This document shows positions 15,305-24,706 of a stretch of 53,475 nt of DNA, piece by piece. The notes beneath the pieces were generated by a model. That model ran no database searches and was not told the origin of the DNA. It was given only the letters and a program-made list of their open reading frames with translations. The position numbers and the translations under genes were made by a program. The stretch spans positions 1 to 53,475 of the forward strand of contig DAOTZR010000037.1 in NCBI GenBank assembly GCA_034434315.1, read 5' to 3'. Numbering within the stretch: the stretch's first letter is position 1; each line of letters opens with the position of its first letter. Source of the stretch: Anaerolineae bacterium. Its GTDB lineage: Bacteria; Chloroflexota; Anaerolineae; B4-G1; SLSP01.

Positions 15305-17587
15305 CTAGCCCACCCGTTCGACTTTGATCACGTCGCGGATGGCTTCCAGTTTTTTAAGCAACGACTCGAGTTGTGCCAGTTCCCCTACTTCAAACCCCAC
15401 GTAAACAGGTACAATGTTGTAGCGATCCCGCTTGCCTGTGCTGATGCCGTTAATGCTGATTTTCTCATTGACAAAGACACCGGTGATGTCGTAGAGCATG
15501 TTGCGGCGATCGCGGACCAGAATGGCCAGTTGGACCGGAACCCGGTCGACTTTACCCCAGGTTACCTCCACAATGCGTTCTGGTTCCTCTTGCTCCAGGC
15601 GTTTGAGGGTTTTGCAGTCTGCCGCGTGAATGGAGACGCCGCGTCCGCGGGTAATGTAGCCCCGGATGGCCTGCCCCGGCAGGGGATTGCAACAACGCGC
15701 CCGCCGCGACAGCAGATCACCACTCTGCATGATATCAATGGCTACAGGTCTAGTTGCAGGAGGGGCTTCGATAACGGCCTGTTCCCGTGCTTGGCGCTCG
15801 CGTTCTTCTTCCTGGTGCTTGCGGTATTGCTCCAAAAGATGGACCACATGAGCCAGGCTCAGCTCCCCCACCCCCAGAGCTTCAAAGAAATCGTCTTCAC
15901 CCGCGTAACGCTCGTTGCGCTCCCGCAAGAGCTCAAGAATAATTGCCGCCGGGAAATCCAGACGCAACTGTTTGAGCGTACGTTCCCAGGCAGCGCGGCC
16001 CATGGCAATATTTTCCTCGCGATCCAGTTTGCGGAACCACTGCTTGATTTTCTGCCGGGCCCGCGGTGTCTTCACATACCCCAGTTCCTCAATCAGCCAG
16101 TCCCGACTGGGGCCCTGCCGTCCCCGGATGATGCGTACAATATCACCGGTCTGCAGCTTATAGTTAAGCGGAACCATGACGCCTTCCCGATGCTCGCGAT
16201 TGGCGACAATAGCCCCGCGACAGGAATGCCCCACCTCGGTGTGAATGCGATAGGCAAAATCCACGGGCGTCGCCCCTGCGGGCAGTTCGATAACCTTACC
16301 TTCGGGCGTAAAGACAATCACGGAATCCGAAAGCAGCTCCTGGCGCATCGAATCCACGAAGACCGCGCTGCTTTCGTGCTTCAGCTCCGCCGCTGATTCC
16401 CGCATCCAGTTAATCCAGGATACCATCGAATCATCCAGCGTAATGCCATCTTCTTTGTAGCGCCAGTGCGCTGCCACCCCTTTTTCCGCCACCTCGTGCA
16501 TCTTGTAGGTGCGGATCTGGACCTCGATAGTTGAGCCATCATCCCCAAAAACCGCTGTATGCAGGCTCTGGTAGCCGTTGGGTTTGCGGTTGACGATGTA
16601 ATCATCAAATTCCCCGGGCACGGGACGCCAGATGTGATGGACCAGGCCCAGCACAACATAACAGTCGTTTTCGTTGTCCGAGTCAATCAGTACGCGCAAC
16701 GCTTCGCGATCGTAGACTTTCTCAAAATCAACTTGCTTGCGCTCCATCTTGCGATAGATGCTGTAAATGTGTTTGGCGCGCGCCTGGACTTGAAAATTTT
16801 GGAAGCCCTGCTCACGCAAAAGTTTTTCCAGCTTTTCCTTGTAAGCCCTCACCCGCGCTTCCCGTTCTTCACGGCGCGCGTTCAACTGTTCCACGATGCT
16901 GTAAAACTTTTCCGGTTCCAGGTAGCGAAAGGCCAGGTCTTCCAGTTCCGCTTTCCAGATCCAGATCCCGATACGGTTAGCCAGAGGAGCAAAAATATCG
17001 AGGGTTTCCTGGGCTGTACGCCGTTGCTGTTCTGGCTTCATGCTCCCCAGAGTGCGCATGTTGTGCAGACGATCGGCCAGCTTAATGTAAATCACCCGCG
17101 GATCGTCCGCCATAGCAATCAGCAGTTTGCGTAAACTCTCCTGCTCTTGCAAATCACGGCGATGCCCGCCCAGAGGGTGCGTCTCATCGCGCATGGGGAT
17201 TTTGTGATCAACCACCAGGCCGCTTTGGCGATCAATCTCCTTCAACTTGGTGACCCCATTCACCCAGGTAGCCACCTGAGGCCCAAAGCGCTGTATCAGC
17301 TCCTCCAGCGTAGCACCTTTGCTCTCGCAATCCTCAAGCACATCGTGCAATAAAGCGGCGGCAATCACGCCGCCGCTGATATGGGGCAAGCCCAGATCAG
17401 CCAGAATGTAGGCTACTTCGAGACAATGAGTAATGTACGGCTCTCCCGAAACGCGCACCTGCCCCTCATGCATCTCCAGGGCATACGCATAGGCCCGCTG
17501 CACCAGCTCACACTCAGCCTCGCTTTTGCCGGTCTGACGCATGCGTTCCAGGATATGCTCAATCGTAGCCTGCTCATGCTTGCTCAT
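15305..17587 (-). CDS. relA: Bifunctional (p)ppGpp synthetase/hydrolase RelA/SpoT (Rel)
   Basis: 760 aa with an HD hydrolase domain (LLHDVLED), a synthetase motif (RTYKMHEVAEKGVAAHWRYKE), a TGS region and a C-terminal ACT-like domain. Confidence 0.95.
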   Translation of the reverse strand: MSKHEQATIEHILERMRQTGKSEAECELVQRAYAYALEMHEGQVRVSGEPYITHCLEVAYILADLGLPHISGGVIAAALLHDVLEDCESKGATLEELIQRFGPQVATWVNGVTKLKEIDRQSGLVVDHKIPMRDETHPLGGHRRDLQEQESLRKLLIAMADDPRVIYIKLADRLHNMRTLGSMKPEQQRRTAQETLDIFAPLANRIGIWIWKAELEDLAFRYLEPEKFYSIVEQLNARREEREARVRAYKEKLEKLLREQGFQNFQVQARAKHIYSIYRKMERKQVDFEKVYDREALRVLIDSDNENDCYVVLGLVHHIWRPVPGEFDDYIVNRKPNGYQSLHTAVFGDDGSTIEVQIRTYKMHEVAEKGVAAHWRYKEDGITLDDSMVSWINWMRESAAELKHESSAVFVDSMRQELLSDSVIVFTPEGKVIELPAGATPVDFAYRIHTEVGHSCRGAIVANREHREGVMVPLNYKLQTGDIVRIIRGRQGPSRDWLIEELGYVKTPRARQKIKQWFRKLDREENIAMGRAAWERTLKQLRLDFPAAIILELLRERNERYAGEDDFFEALGVGELSLAHVVHLLEQYRKHQEEERERQAREQAVIEAPPATRPVAIDIMQSGDLLSRRARCCNPLPGQAIRGYITRGRGVSIHAADCKTLKRLEQEEPERIVEVTWGKVDRVPVQLAILVRDRRNMLYDITGVFVNEKISINGISTGKRDRYNIVPVYVGFEVGELAQLESLLKKLEAIRDVIKVERVG

Positions 17588-17649
17588 CGCCTCTCAATGC
17601 AGCCCCATATGGTGACTGCCCTCCTCAAAATCACACCATCCGCGTAAAC

Positions 17650-20600
17650 CTACTTTTTGCCTACCGGAATCTGGACGTAAAACCGGCTTCCCGGACAGGT
17701 TTCCTCGTTACAGCCTTCACTTTCGACCCAGATCCGGCCCTGATGGGCGACCACGGCCCCCTTGGCAATGGCCAGGCCCAGTCCCGGTCCCCCACCCTTG
17801 AACTTGGTTTTGCCTGAGGAATGGAAAGAAACCTCTCCCGTTTGATAGAAACGCTCAAAAATCAAGTCCTGGTGCTCCTTGGCAATCCCGATCCCCGTAT
17901 CGGCAACGACAATCCGCACCTGTTCAGGATCGGCATCGGCCAGATGCGTCCCGGTAATCGTGATCCGGCCCCCATCTGGCGTGTACTTAATCGCGTTGAC
18001 GACCAGATGGTAGAAGACCTTGTACATCATATCCGGATCGCAATAGACTACAGGGAGAGCCTCAAGGCCCTCAAGGGTCAGGGTCAAACGGCGTTCAACT
18101 AAAGCCTCGCGGAAGTGCGCTGCGATATTTTCCATGATGTGCTGAAGCCGCACCGGTTGACGATAGAGCGCAAGCTGCTCCGTGCTGATTTTGGCCACAT
18201 CCAACATGCTGTTGACGATTTCATGCAGGCGCTCAGCCCCCCGCTGAATCCCTTCAACCAGGGATTTCTGTGGCGAATCAGGCGCCGTTCCAACCCCAAG
18301 GACCTGAGCATAGCCCTTGATGACCGTCAATGGGGTTCGCAGTTCGTGAGCGGCAATGTTGATGAAATCCGACTTAGTGCGGTCCAGACGCTCCAGGGCC
18401 TGATAGGCCCGGTTCAGTTCCTCGGTACGTTCGCGGACCTTCTGCTCCAGATGTTCGTTGAGGCGGGCAATCTCATGATACAGCCGGGCATTTTCCAGAG
18501 CAATCGAAGCCTGCCCGGCGAAGGCTTTGGCTAACGTCGCATCCTCATCGGCAAAGGCCGCTACCGCCTCACGGGTCAGGGAAATCATGCCGATCACCTC
18601 ATCCTGGGCAATCAAAGGAATACCCAGGAAAGAGGCATGAACGGGCAACCAGTCCACCTGCTTCCAGGCGGGATCTTGCCGCACATCATCCACGCGCACG
18701 AACTCCCGCGTGCGCGCCATCTGCTCAAAAATATCACCAGGGCGCAACTGCACCGAAAGCGTAGCAACCCGCGGATCGTCGGGGAAACCGCGCTGCGCGA
18801 TCAGAGTCAGGTGCTCACCTTCTCGCAAGAAGAGCGCGCCCCGGCCATAGGGGACAACCTCGGCCAGTTGCTCCAGAATGCGCACCGGCACCTGAGCTAG
18901 GTCCAGGCTGCTCGAAAGCACCCGCCCAGCGCGTTCCATGGATTCGGCCAGATGCCGGCGGCGCTGTTCATTGCGATACAGCTCGGCATTGCGCAAAGCC
19001 ACGGCAATTTGATCGGCCAGAATCTGATACACAAGCTGATCTTCCGGCCCAAAACCGTTCACCTGATCGCTGACAATTTCCAAAGCCCCCACAATGGTAG
19101 AGCCAAAGCGCAAAGGCAGCACCAGTTCGGAACGCGCATGGGGCAGCTCCGGCAGCATCAGTACATCCTCAACCTGATGCACGTCATTGACAACGCGCAC
19201 CTGACCGGTAAGGCATACGCTGGAAAGCAGACTGGGCGTATCCAGGTCAATGCCAAAACGCCGGGCGAGCAAAGCTTCACCCGCCTCACCCGTCCCCGCC
19301 GCCAGGTTAACGCGCCCACGGCCCTGATCAAGCAACCATATCCCCACAAAGTAATAGCCAAAACGTTCTTTAATCTGCGTCACAACCTGGGGCAGCAACT
19401 GCGACAGATCAAGAATCGAGGTGACCTTCCGCCCCACCTGACTGGCAATCTCAAGCTGGGCCGCCCGCCGCATCAAGGTCTGATTGGCGGCGCGCAACTC
19501 AGCCGTACGCTCGGCCACACGCTCTTCCAGGGTGCGAGCCCAGGCTTCCAGTTCGCGATTGGCGCGCAGTGTGGCCTCGTACAGGCGCGCATTTTCGATA
19601 GCCGTCGCTGCCTGATTGGCGAAAATCATCAGCAGATCCACATCGGATTGTGAAAACCGTCCACTAATCGAGCGGTTATCCGCATAGATCAGACCGACCA
19701 GTTCTGAACCGGACAGGAACGGAACACAAAGCACCGAGCGCAAGTTAAGCTGTAAGACGCTGCTCTGCTGACCAAAACGCTCATCGGTGAGCGTGTCCTG
19801 GATCAACACCGGCATGCGCGATTGCGTCACGGTCCCCAGCACCGAGTAGCTGATCTGCGCCCGTCCTTCCTGAATATCCTCAATCGTGATGCCGCGCGCC
19901 ACGCGGAAATTCATGCGCCCATCCTGATCTAGCAACACCAGAAAACCGCGCTCGGCCCCGCTCAGCTCAATCACCTGATCCATGATGTAATTCAACAGGG
20001 CTTCGGCGTCGTGCGTTTCATTCATCTGGATGCTGATATCCAGCACCCGGCGGAGCCGCTCCTGCAGCCGATCGGCGGTGGTCAGTGCCCCTGGCGCTTC
20101 GATTTCCGCCGTCGGAGCCGCGGCCTCAGGCACTTCTCCGGCCTCCTCCTTACGCTTACTGGTCTGGCGTGTCCATTCGATCAGGATTTCCCGGTTGATC
20201 GCCACCTTATTAAAATAGTTACGCCGCAGACCCTCATCGCTCAAGGTCGCCACGCCCGCGAACAACGCTTCCCGCGCCCGATCCAGGGCCAGCCAGGCTT
20301 CGTCGTCGAGGGGCTCATCGGGAGTGCGCTCCGGCGCCGCCTTGAGCACCTGATAGCGAATCCACCAGATGTCCTGCGCCGGAAAATCTCCTGCATCGCC
20401 GGCTTTTTCCAGCAAGGCGCAGGCTTCCCGGCTGGTCTGCTCGGCCAGATGCCAGTCCCCTTGCTCCAGATAGACCCGCGCCAGCCAGGCGGTCGAAGCC
20501 GCGAGGTAGCCCAGAGTGCCGATCTCCCGTTGCATGGCGCAGGCCTGGCGCAACATCTCGCGCGCGTTAGCCAGATGCCCGCGCATCAACGCCACGCGCC

Positions 20601-23600
20601 CCAGGCCCATCCAGTAAATGGATTCGGTCCAGCGGTCCCCCACATCCATGGCCAGGGCGCGGCCCTCTTCCAAAACCTGCTGCGCCTGGATGTAATCGCC
20701 TGTGTCCAGATAGACCCGGCCCAGGCTCTCCAGGGTATAGGTCAGGCTCGCACGAGCGCGCAAATCCCGCTGGATCTGCACTGCCTGCTCCAGATACTCG
20801 CGCGCTCGCGCATACAGACCCAGCCCGGCATAAATCAGCCCCAGGTTATTGTAAGTGCGCGCCATGCCACTGCGATTGCCGATAGCGCGCGAAATGGCCA
20901 GGGAATGCTCGTAATAGAGGCGTTGCTCGGCATAGTCTGAAGAGAGAATGCCCAGCGCGTTGTAAGCGTCACTTTCGCCCTGCCGATCCCCCACTTCCCG
21001 AAAAAGCGCCAGGGATTCGCGGATCATGGCCCCTGCCTCGGTCAGGTTGCCGGCGCGGCGGTGAATGTTGCCCAGATCGAGCAAAGCCCGCGCCAGATGG
21101 GGCTTATCCTCGACCCCGCTGCGATAGAGGGCGATCGCCTGCTCATAATATCCCTGCGCCTGCTGATGTTCGCCCAGGGAGAAAATGGCATCGCCCAGCG
21201 TGATCAGGCTCGAAGCCTCCAGCTTCTGATCGCCCACCTGCCGGGCCAGGGCCAGGGCCTCCTGCGCGGCCTGACGCGCCTCATGGAGATTGCCCAGGAT
21301 GTTAGCCAGTTGAACCTGACGGGTTACGCTCTCGATCTTCAGGTAGACATCATCCAGGAGTTGGGCGATGTGCGCCATCACCTGGAGATCCGCCTGACGT
21401 TCCTGCGAAAGGCCCATCAGGCGATAGCAGTCTTCGCGCCCAGCGCGCAGCGTGTATTCCAGTCGCAGGTCGTGTTCCGGCGGCAAAGCCTGCAAGGCAC
21501 GGGTGTAATAATCCACCGCCGACTTATTGGCGTAGACTTCGCGGGCCTTATCGGCAGCCAGATGCGCATAGTGCAACACCGCCGAGACATCACCCGCGCG
21601 CTCGTAATGCCAGACCAACAGCTCAGCCGCCTCTTCTTCCGAGCGCGACTGGCGCAAAGTTTCGGCTACGCGCCGATGCCGCTCGCGCCGTTCCTCCTCC
21701 GTCAGGCGTTCATACAGCGCCATCCGCACCTGATCGGTGGCAAAGCGGTACACAGTCACACCGGCTTGCTCGTCGGCGACCAGGATATGCTGTTGCAGGG
21801 CCCGAGTTACGCCGGCAAACACCTGGTCCGGTGGCAGATTAGCCACGGCGCTGAGGAGATCCAGGTCGAGCCACAGACCTATCACCGCCGCCCACTGTAA
21901 CAAAGCCAGGGTAGCCGGCTCCAGCCGCTCGAGGCGCCGCGCCACCATGGCCTGGATGGTGCTGGGAGTGCGCTGAAGCCCTTCCAGGTTGACCTGCCAG
22001 ACCGTGCCATCGTAGGAAAGCAAATCCTCCTCGACCAGGCTGTGCATAAGGCTTTCAATGAAGAGGGGATTGCCGCCGGCCTCGAGTTGCACGCGCTCCA
22101 GCAATCCCGCCGGCAAATCCCGCACGCCCAACATGGAACGCACCAGATCGGCACTGGCTTCATCATCCAGGGCCGCCAGAGGGAGCCAGTCCCAGATCTG
22201 TTCATCCGCCGTCACTGTCGTAGGTGTGCTGGAATGGCGCGATTCAGGGCGGCGGCTGATGCGCCGCGCGCGTTGCAGCAAAGCGTACAGGGGCTGTCCG
22301 GCCTGGAGTTCCTCATCCCGGAAAACCGCGCAAATCATCACCGCGCTCTCATGAGCCTGTTCACCCAGCGCCCTTAACAAGTCGAGGCTTTCGGCGTCCG
22401 CGTAGTGCAAATCTTCCAGGATGAAGAGTAAAGGATGTCCCGTTGCCAGGATGAAGCGCACCACCGATTGGATCAGACTGGTCCGGTCGGCGGACAACAG
22501 GCTATCCTGGGTTTCGGGGAGCACCTCGCGCAGAGCGGGCATCAGTCGCACCAGAGCTGGAGCATGGACGCGCACAAGTTCGGAGTCCCGTCCCTGCTGG
22601 AAAAGAACAAGCTGCTTCAGGGCGTTAATCCACGGCAGATAAGGCGCACGGGCGTGCTCCTCAGCCGCACCTTCCGCCACAAACACCCGCTGCAACTGAG
22701 CGCGCAGGCGCAATTCACGTACCAGGCGGCTCTTCCCGATACCCGCCGGACCACTGACCAGAACCAGGCGACCCTGGCCCTGCAGGGTGCGCATCAATAC
22801 GCCCTGTAAACGGGCCAGCTCAAACTCGCGCCCGACGAAACTCCCACTCTGCACGTATCCCAGGCGCGTTTCGCGCGTCTCGACGGGGTAATCGCGTCCG
22901 GTCAGGGCGTTGATGGTACGAATAATCTCGTTAGCGCTGGTGTAGCGGTTAACCGGGTCCTTAGCCAGCAACTTGAGAATGATGGTCTGCAGCGCTTCGG
23001 GCACATCAGCAGAAAAGTGACGCGGCGCTTCGGGCTGCGCCTCGACGTGTTGCCGCAGGATGGTCATGGTGCTGTCGCCCTGGAAGGGCAATTTGCCCGT
23101 CACAATTTCATAAAGGGTAATCCCCAGGGAATACAGGTCAGCGCGATGGTCCACCGCATCGCCGCGCACCAGTTCCGGCGCTACGTAATCCGGTGTCCCG
23201 CGGAGCTTAAGCGGGCCTTCGGTCCGCGCCCGACCAATCAGGCCGAAATCCATCAACTTGACCGTGCCATCGGGCATGACGAAAATGTTGCGCGGTTTAA
23301 TGTCGTAGTGAATCAATCCGCGGGAATGAATGTACTGCAAAGCCCGGCAAACCTGGACCGTGACATCGTACAACCAGGCGTACTCCCCCGGCGCCTCCTG
23401 CAAACGGCGCGCCGCGTAGCTCACCAGGTCCTCGCCGGGGACATACTCCATGGTGAAGAAGTATTCCTGCGTCTCCTCGATGACGCCAAAATCGTACACC
23501 GCCACCAGATTCGGATGGCGGAGCTGAGCCAGCGCGGCGAATTCATAGCGGAATTGCGTCAGGGCGCGTTCATCCAACAGGTCACGCCGGATCTTTTTGA

Positions 23601-23712
23601 GCGTGATGACCTGATCGGCGTTGAGGGTATCCTCAATCAGGTACACCGTCCCCATGCCGCCGTGTCCCAGCTCGCGTACCACGCGATAGCGATTATTAAT
23701 GAGTGCGGACAT
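17650..23712 (-). CDS. Giant multidomain sensor: Ser/Thr protein kinase + P-loop STAND/AAA_16 NTPase + TPR array + 3 GAF domains + HisKA/HATPase_c histidine kinase
   Basis: 2020 aa. Kinase motifs: G-loop GHGGMGTVY (aa 26-34), catalytic loop HYDIKPRN (aa 135-142, non-RD), DFG (aa 155-157), APE (aa 178-180). Walker A GPAGIGKS (aa 321-328) and Walker B LFILEDLHYAD. TPR-like repeats span about aa 700-1130. Three GAF-like blocks each end in ...ENARLY or ...RNAELY. H-box FINIAAHELRTPL with His at aa 1789 (codon 18346-18348). N/G boxes NAIKYTP, DTGIGI, GGPGLGLAI. Confidence 0.85.
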   Translation of the reverse strand: MSALINNRYRVVRELGHGGMGTVYLIEDTLNADQVITLKKIRRDLLDERALTQFRYEFAALAQLRHPNLVAVYDFGVIEETQEYFFTMEYVPGEDLVSYAARRLQEAPGEYAWLYDVTVQVCRALQYIHSRGLIHYDIKPRNIFVMPDGTVKLMDFGLIGRARTEGPLKLRGTPDYVAPELVRGDAVDHRADLYSLGITLYEIVTGKLPFQGDSTMTILRQHVEAQPEAPRHFSADVPEALQTIILKLLAKDPVNRYTSANEIIRTINALTGRDYPVETRETRLGYVQSGSFVGREFELARLQGVLMRTLQGQGRLVLVSGPAGIGKSRLVRELRLRAQLQRVFVAEGAAEEHARAPYLPWINALKQLVLFQQGRDSELVRVHAPALVRLMPALREVLPETQDSLLSADRTSLIQSVVRFILATGHPLLFILEDLHYADAESLDLLRALGEQAHESAVMICAVFRDEELQAGQPLYALLQRARRISRRPESRHSSTPTTVTADEQIWDWLPLAALDDEASADLVRSMLGVRDLPAGLLERVQLEAGGNPLFIESLMHSLVEEDLLSYDGTVWQVNLEGLQRTPSTIQAMVARRLERLEPATLALLQWAAVIGLWLDLDLLSAVANLPPDQVFAGVTRALQQHILVADEQAGVTVYRFATDQVRMALYERLTEEERRERHRRVAETLRQSRSEEEAAELLVWHYERAGDVSAVLHYAHLAADKAREVYANKSAVDYYTRALQALPPEHDLRLEYTLRAGREDCYRLMGLSQERQADLQVMAHIAQLLDDVYLKIESVTRQVQLANILGNLHEARQAAQEALALARQVGDQKLEASSLITLGDAIFSLGEHQQAQGYYEQAIALYRSGVEDKPHLARALLDLGNIHRRAGNLTEAGAMIRESLALFREVGDRQGESDAYNALGILSSDYAEQRLYYEHSLAISRAIGNRSGMARTYNNLGLIYAGLGLYARAREYLEQAVQIQRDLRARASLTYTLESLGRVYLDTGDYIQAQQVLEEGRALAMDVGDRWTESIYWMGLGRVALMRGHLANAREMLRQACAMQREIGTLGYLAASTAWLARVYLEQGDWHLAEQTSREACALLEKAGDAGDFPAQDIWWIRYQVLKAAPERTPDEPLDDEAWLALDRAREALFAGVATLSDEGLRRNYFNKVAINREILIEWTRQTSKRKEEAGEVPEAAAPTAEIEAPGALTTADRLQERLRRVLDISIQMNETHDAEALLNYIMDQVIELSGAERGFLVLLDQDGRMNFRVARGITIEDIQEGRAQISYSVLGTVTQSRMPVLIQDTLTDERFGQQSSVLQLNLRSVLCVPFLSGSELVGLIYADNRSISGRFSQSDVDLLMIFANQAATAIENARLYEATLRANRELEAWARTLEERVAERTAELRAANQTLMRRAAQLEIASQVGRKVTSILDLSQLLPQVVTQIKERFGYYFVGIWLLDQGRGRVNLAAGTGEAGEALLARRFGIDLDTPSLLSSVCLTGQVRVVNDVHQVEDVLMLPELPHARSELVLPLRFGSTIVGALEIVSDQVNGFGPEDQLVYQILADQIAVALRNAELYRNEQRRRHLAESMERAGRVLSSSLDLAQVPVRILEQLAEVVPYGRGALFLREGEHLTLIAQRGFPDDPRVATLSVQLRPGDIFEQMARTREFVRVDDVRQDPAWKQVDWLPVHASFLGIPLIAQDEVIGMISLTREAVAAFADEDATLAKAFAGQASIALENARLYHEIARLNEHLEQKVRERTEELNRAYQALERLDRTKSDFINIAAHELRTPLTVIKGYAQVLGVGTAPDSPQKSLVEGIQRGAERLHEIVNSMLDVAKISTEQLALYRQPVRLQHIMENIAAHFREALVERRLTLTLEGLEALPVVYCDPDMMYKVFYHLVVNAIKYTPDGGRITITGTHLADADPEQVRIVVADTGIGIAKEHQDLIFERFYQTGEVSFHSSGKTKFKGGGPGLGLAIAKGAVVAHQGRIWVESEGCNEETCPGSRFYVQIPVGKK

Positions 23713-23754
23713 AAACCCGTCCCCCTGCTACCTGTTCGGTTCCAACATGGGCCT

Positions 23755-23784
23755 ATTGTAACACAAAAATGGCTTCACATGCAA
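23755..23784 (-). promoter_or_regulatory. Sigma70-type promoter of the giant kinase gene
   Basis: On the minus strand: TTGCAT (23779-23784), 18-nt spacer, extended -10 TGtTACAAT (23755-23763). This lies ~40 nt upstream of the ATG at 23712. Confidence 0.55.
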
Positions 23785-24127
23785 AAAAGGAGAGGTTTCA
23801 ATTTGCAAAGCCGTGGCATGAAGTGGAGATTTGGGCCATAAAATTCCTCATAATTCGGATGGCAATGGGGACTCGTTGCCGTTGAATTGCACGGGTTACG
23901 GGTTGAATGGGGCATGCGCCCACCCCGCCCAAAGTACCGAATATGGTGGGAAAAATGCGGACGATTACCCTACCCAAGGGCCGAATAAGAGCGTGCCCAG
24001 CTTCAATAGACGCTCTCGTCCGGTCAACGTCAACCTGCACGCGTTACCCTCACGCTGCACATTTATTTTGAAAAAGACTTTTTTGCGTATAATCCCACCC
24101 CCTTATCTTTTATGAAAAGAGTCAGGA

Positions 24128-24576
24128 ATGTTAGTCAAAAAACGATTCATGAACCGAGTCCTATGTTTGTGCGCGATTGGTGTTTGACTGCCAGCATGCG
24201 TCGCCCCGCTCACGCCCACCACCACGCCGACAGCCACCGCGACCGCGTCGCTCCCGTCCACCGCCACGCCGACAATCACGCCCACTCGCACGCCCTATTC
24301 CACGCGCACACCTACCCCCATAGCCATACCCACACCGTTGCCGCAGGGACACCTGGCTTTCCTGGAAGTGCCGTGTTCAGACACTACCACTACCACCTCC
24401 TGTGAGCCCACCGACCGGACTCGCCTATACGTGATGAACGACAACGGCAGCGCGGTGCAGCTCTTACTGGAACACCAGGCTGACGAATACCTTATAACCT
24501 CCTTGCCTCTCCTGATGGCGCAACGCTAGCGTACAAAGTCTTCCCCGGCTCGCCGAGATTTACCCCCCGATGCTAA
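24128..24576 (+). pseudogene. Decayed TolB/PD40-repeat lipoprotein gene remnant (in-frame TGA, frameshift, truncation)
   Basis: ATG 24128 gives the signal peptide MLVKKRFMNRVLCLCAIGV, then TGA at 24185-24187. The same frame continues with LPAC (lipobox-like), a Pro/Thr-rich linker, and GHLAFLEVP...RLYVMNDNGSAVQLL. Around 24490-24500 the PD40 motif continues only in the +1 frame (NLLASPDGATLAYKVFPGS), which stops at 24574-24576. Confidence 0.65.
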
Positions 24577-24641
24577 AGACAAAGCAGAAGCGTTCAATCT
24601 ACGCACAAACAAGGAACGGATAATTTCTCCGCCGCTGCCCC

Positions 24642-24670
24642 TTGACAAAACTCCGCATCCAAAGTATTAT
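24642..24670 (+). promoter_or_regulatory. Near-consensus sigma70 promoter of the DUF2892 gene
   Basis: TTGACA (24642-24647), 17-nt spacer, TATTAT (24665-24670). An AGGAGG ribosome-binding site sits at 24694-24699. Confidence 0.7.
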
Positions 24671-24706
24671 AGCAGAAATTCATCTTAAAAATTCAGGAGG
24701 TTGGAC

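Noticed and set aside
15215-16396. 393-aa ORF on the + strand
   Set aside because: It is entirely antisense to relA/spoT, whose motifs are unambiguous. Long antisense ORFs are expected in GC-rich DNA, and I see no recognisable motifs or ribosome-binding site.
20011-21900. 309-aa and 279-aa + strand ORFs (also 23017..23841, 18952..19653)
   Set aside because: All are antisense shadows inside the 2020-aa kinase gene.
24112-24405. 97-aa His-rich ORF (HAHHHADSHRDRVAPVHRHADNHAHSHALFHAHTYPHSH) that looks like a metal-binding peptide
   Set aside because: It is the out-of-frame reading of the ACC/CCG/ACG-rich Pro/Thr linker of the decayed lipoprotein gene. The neighbouring frame gives a coherent signal peptide, lipobox, PT linker and PD40 protein.
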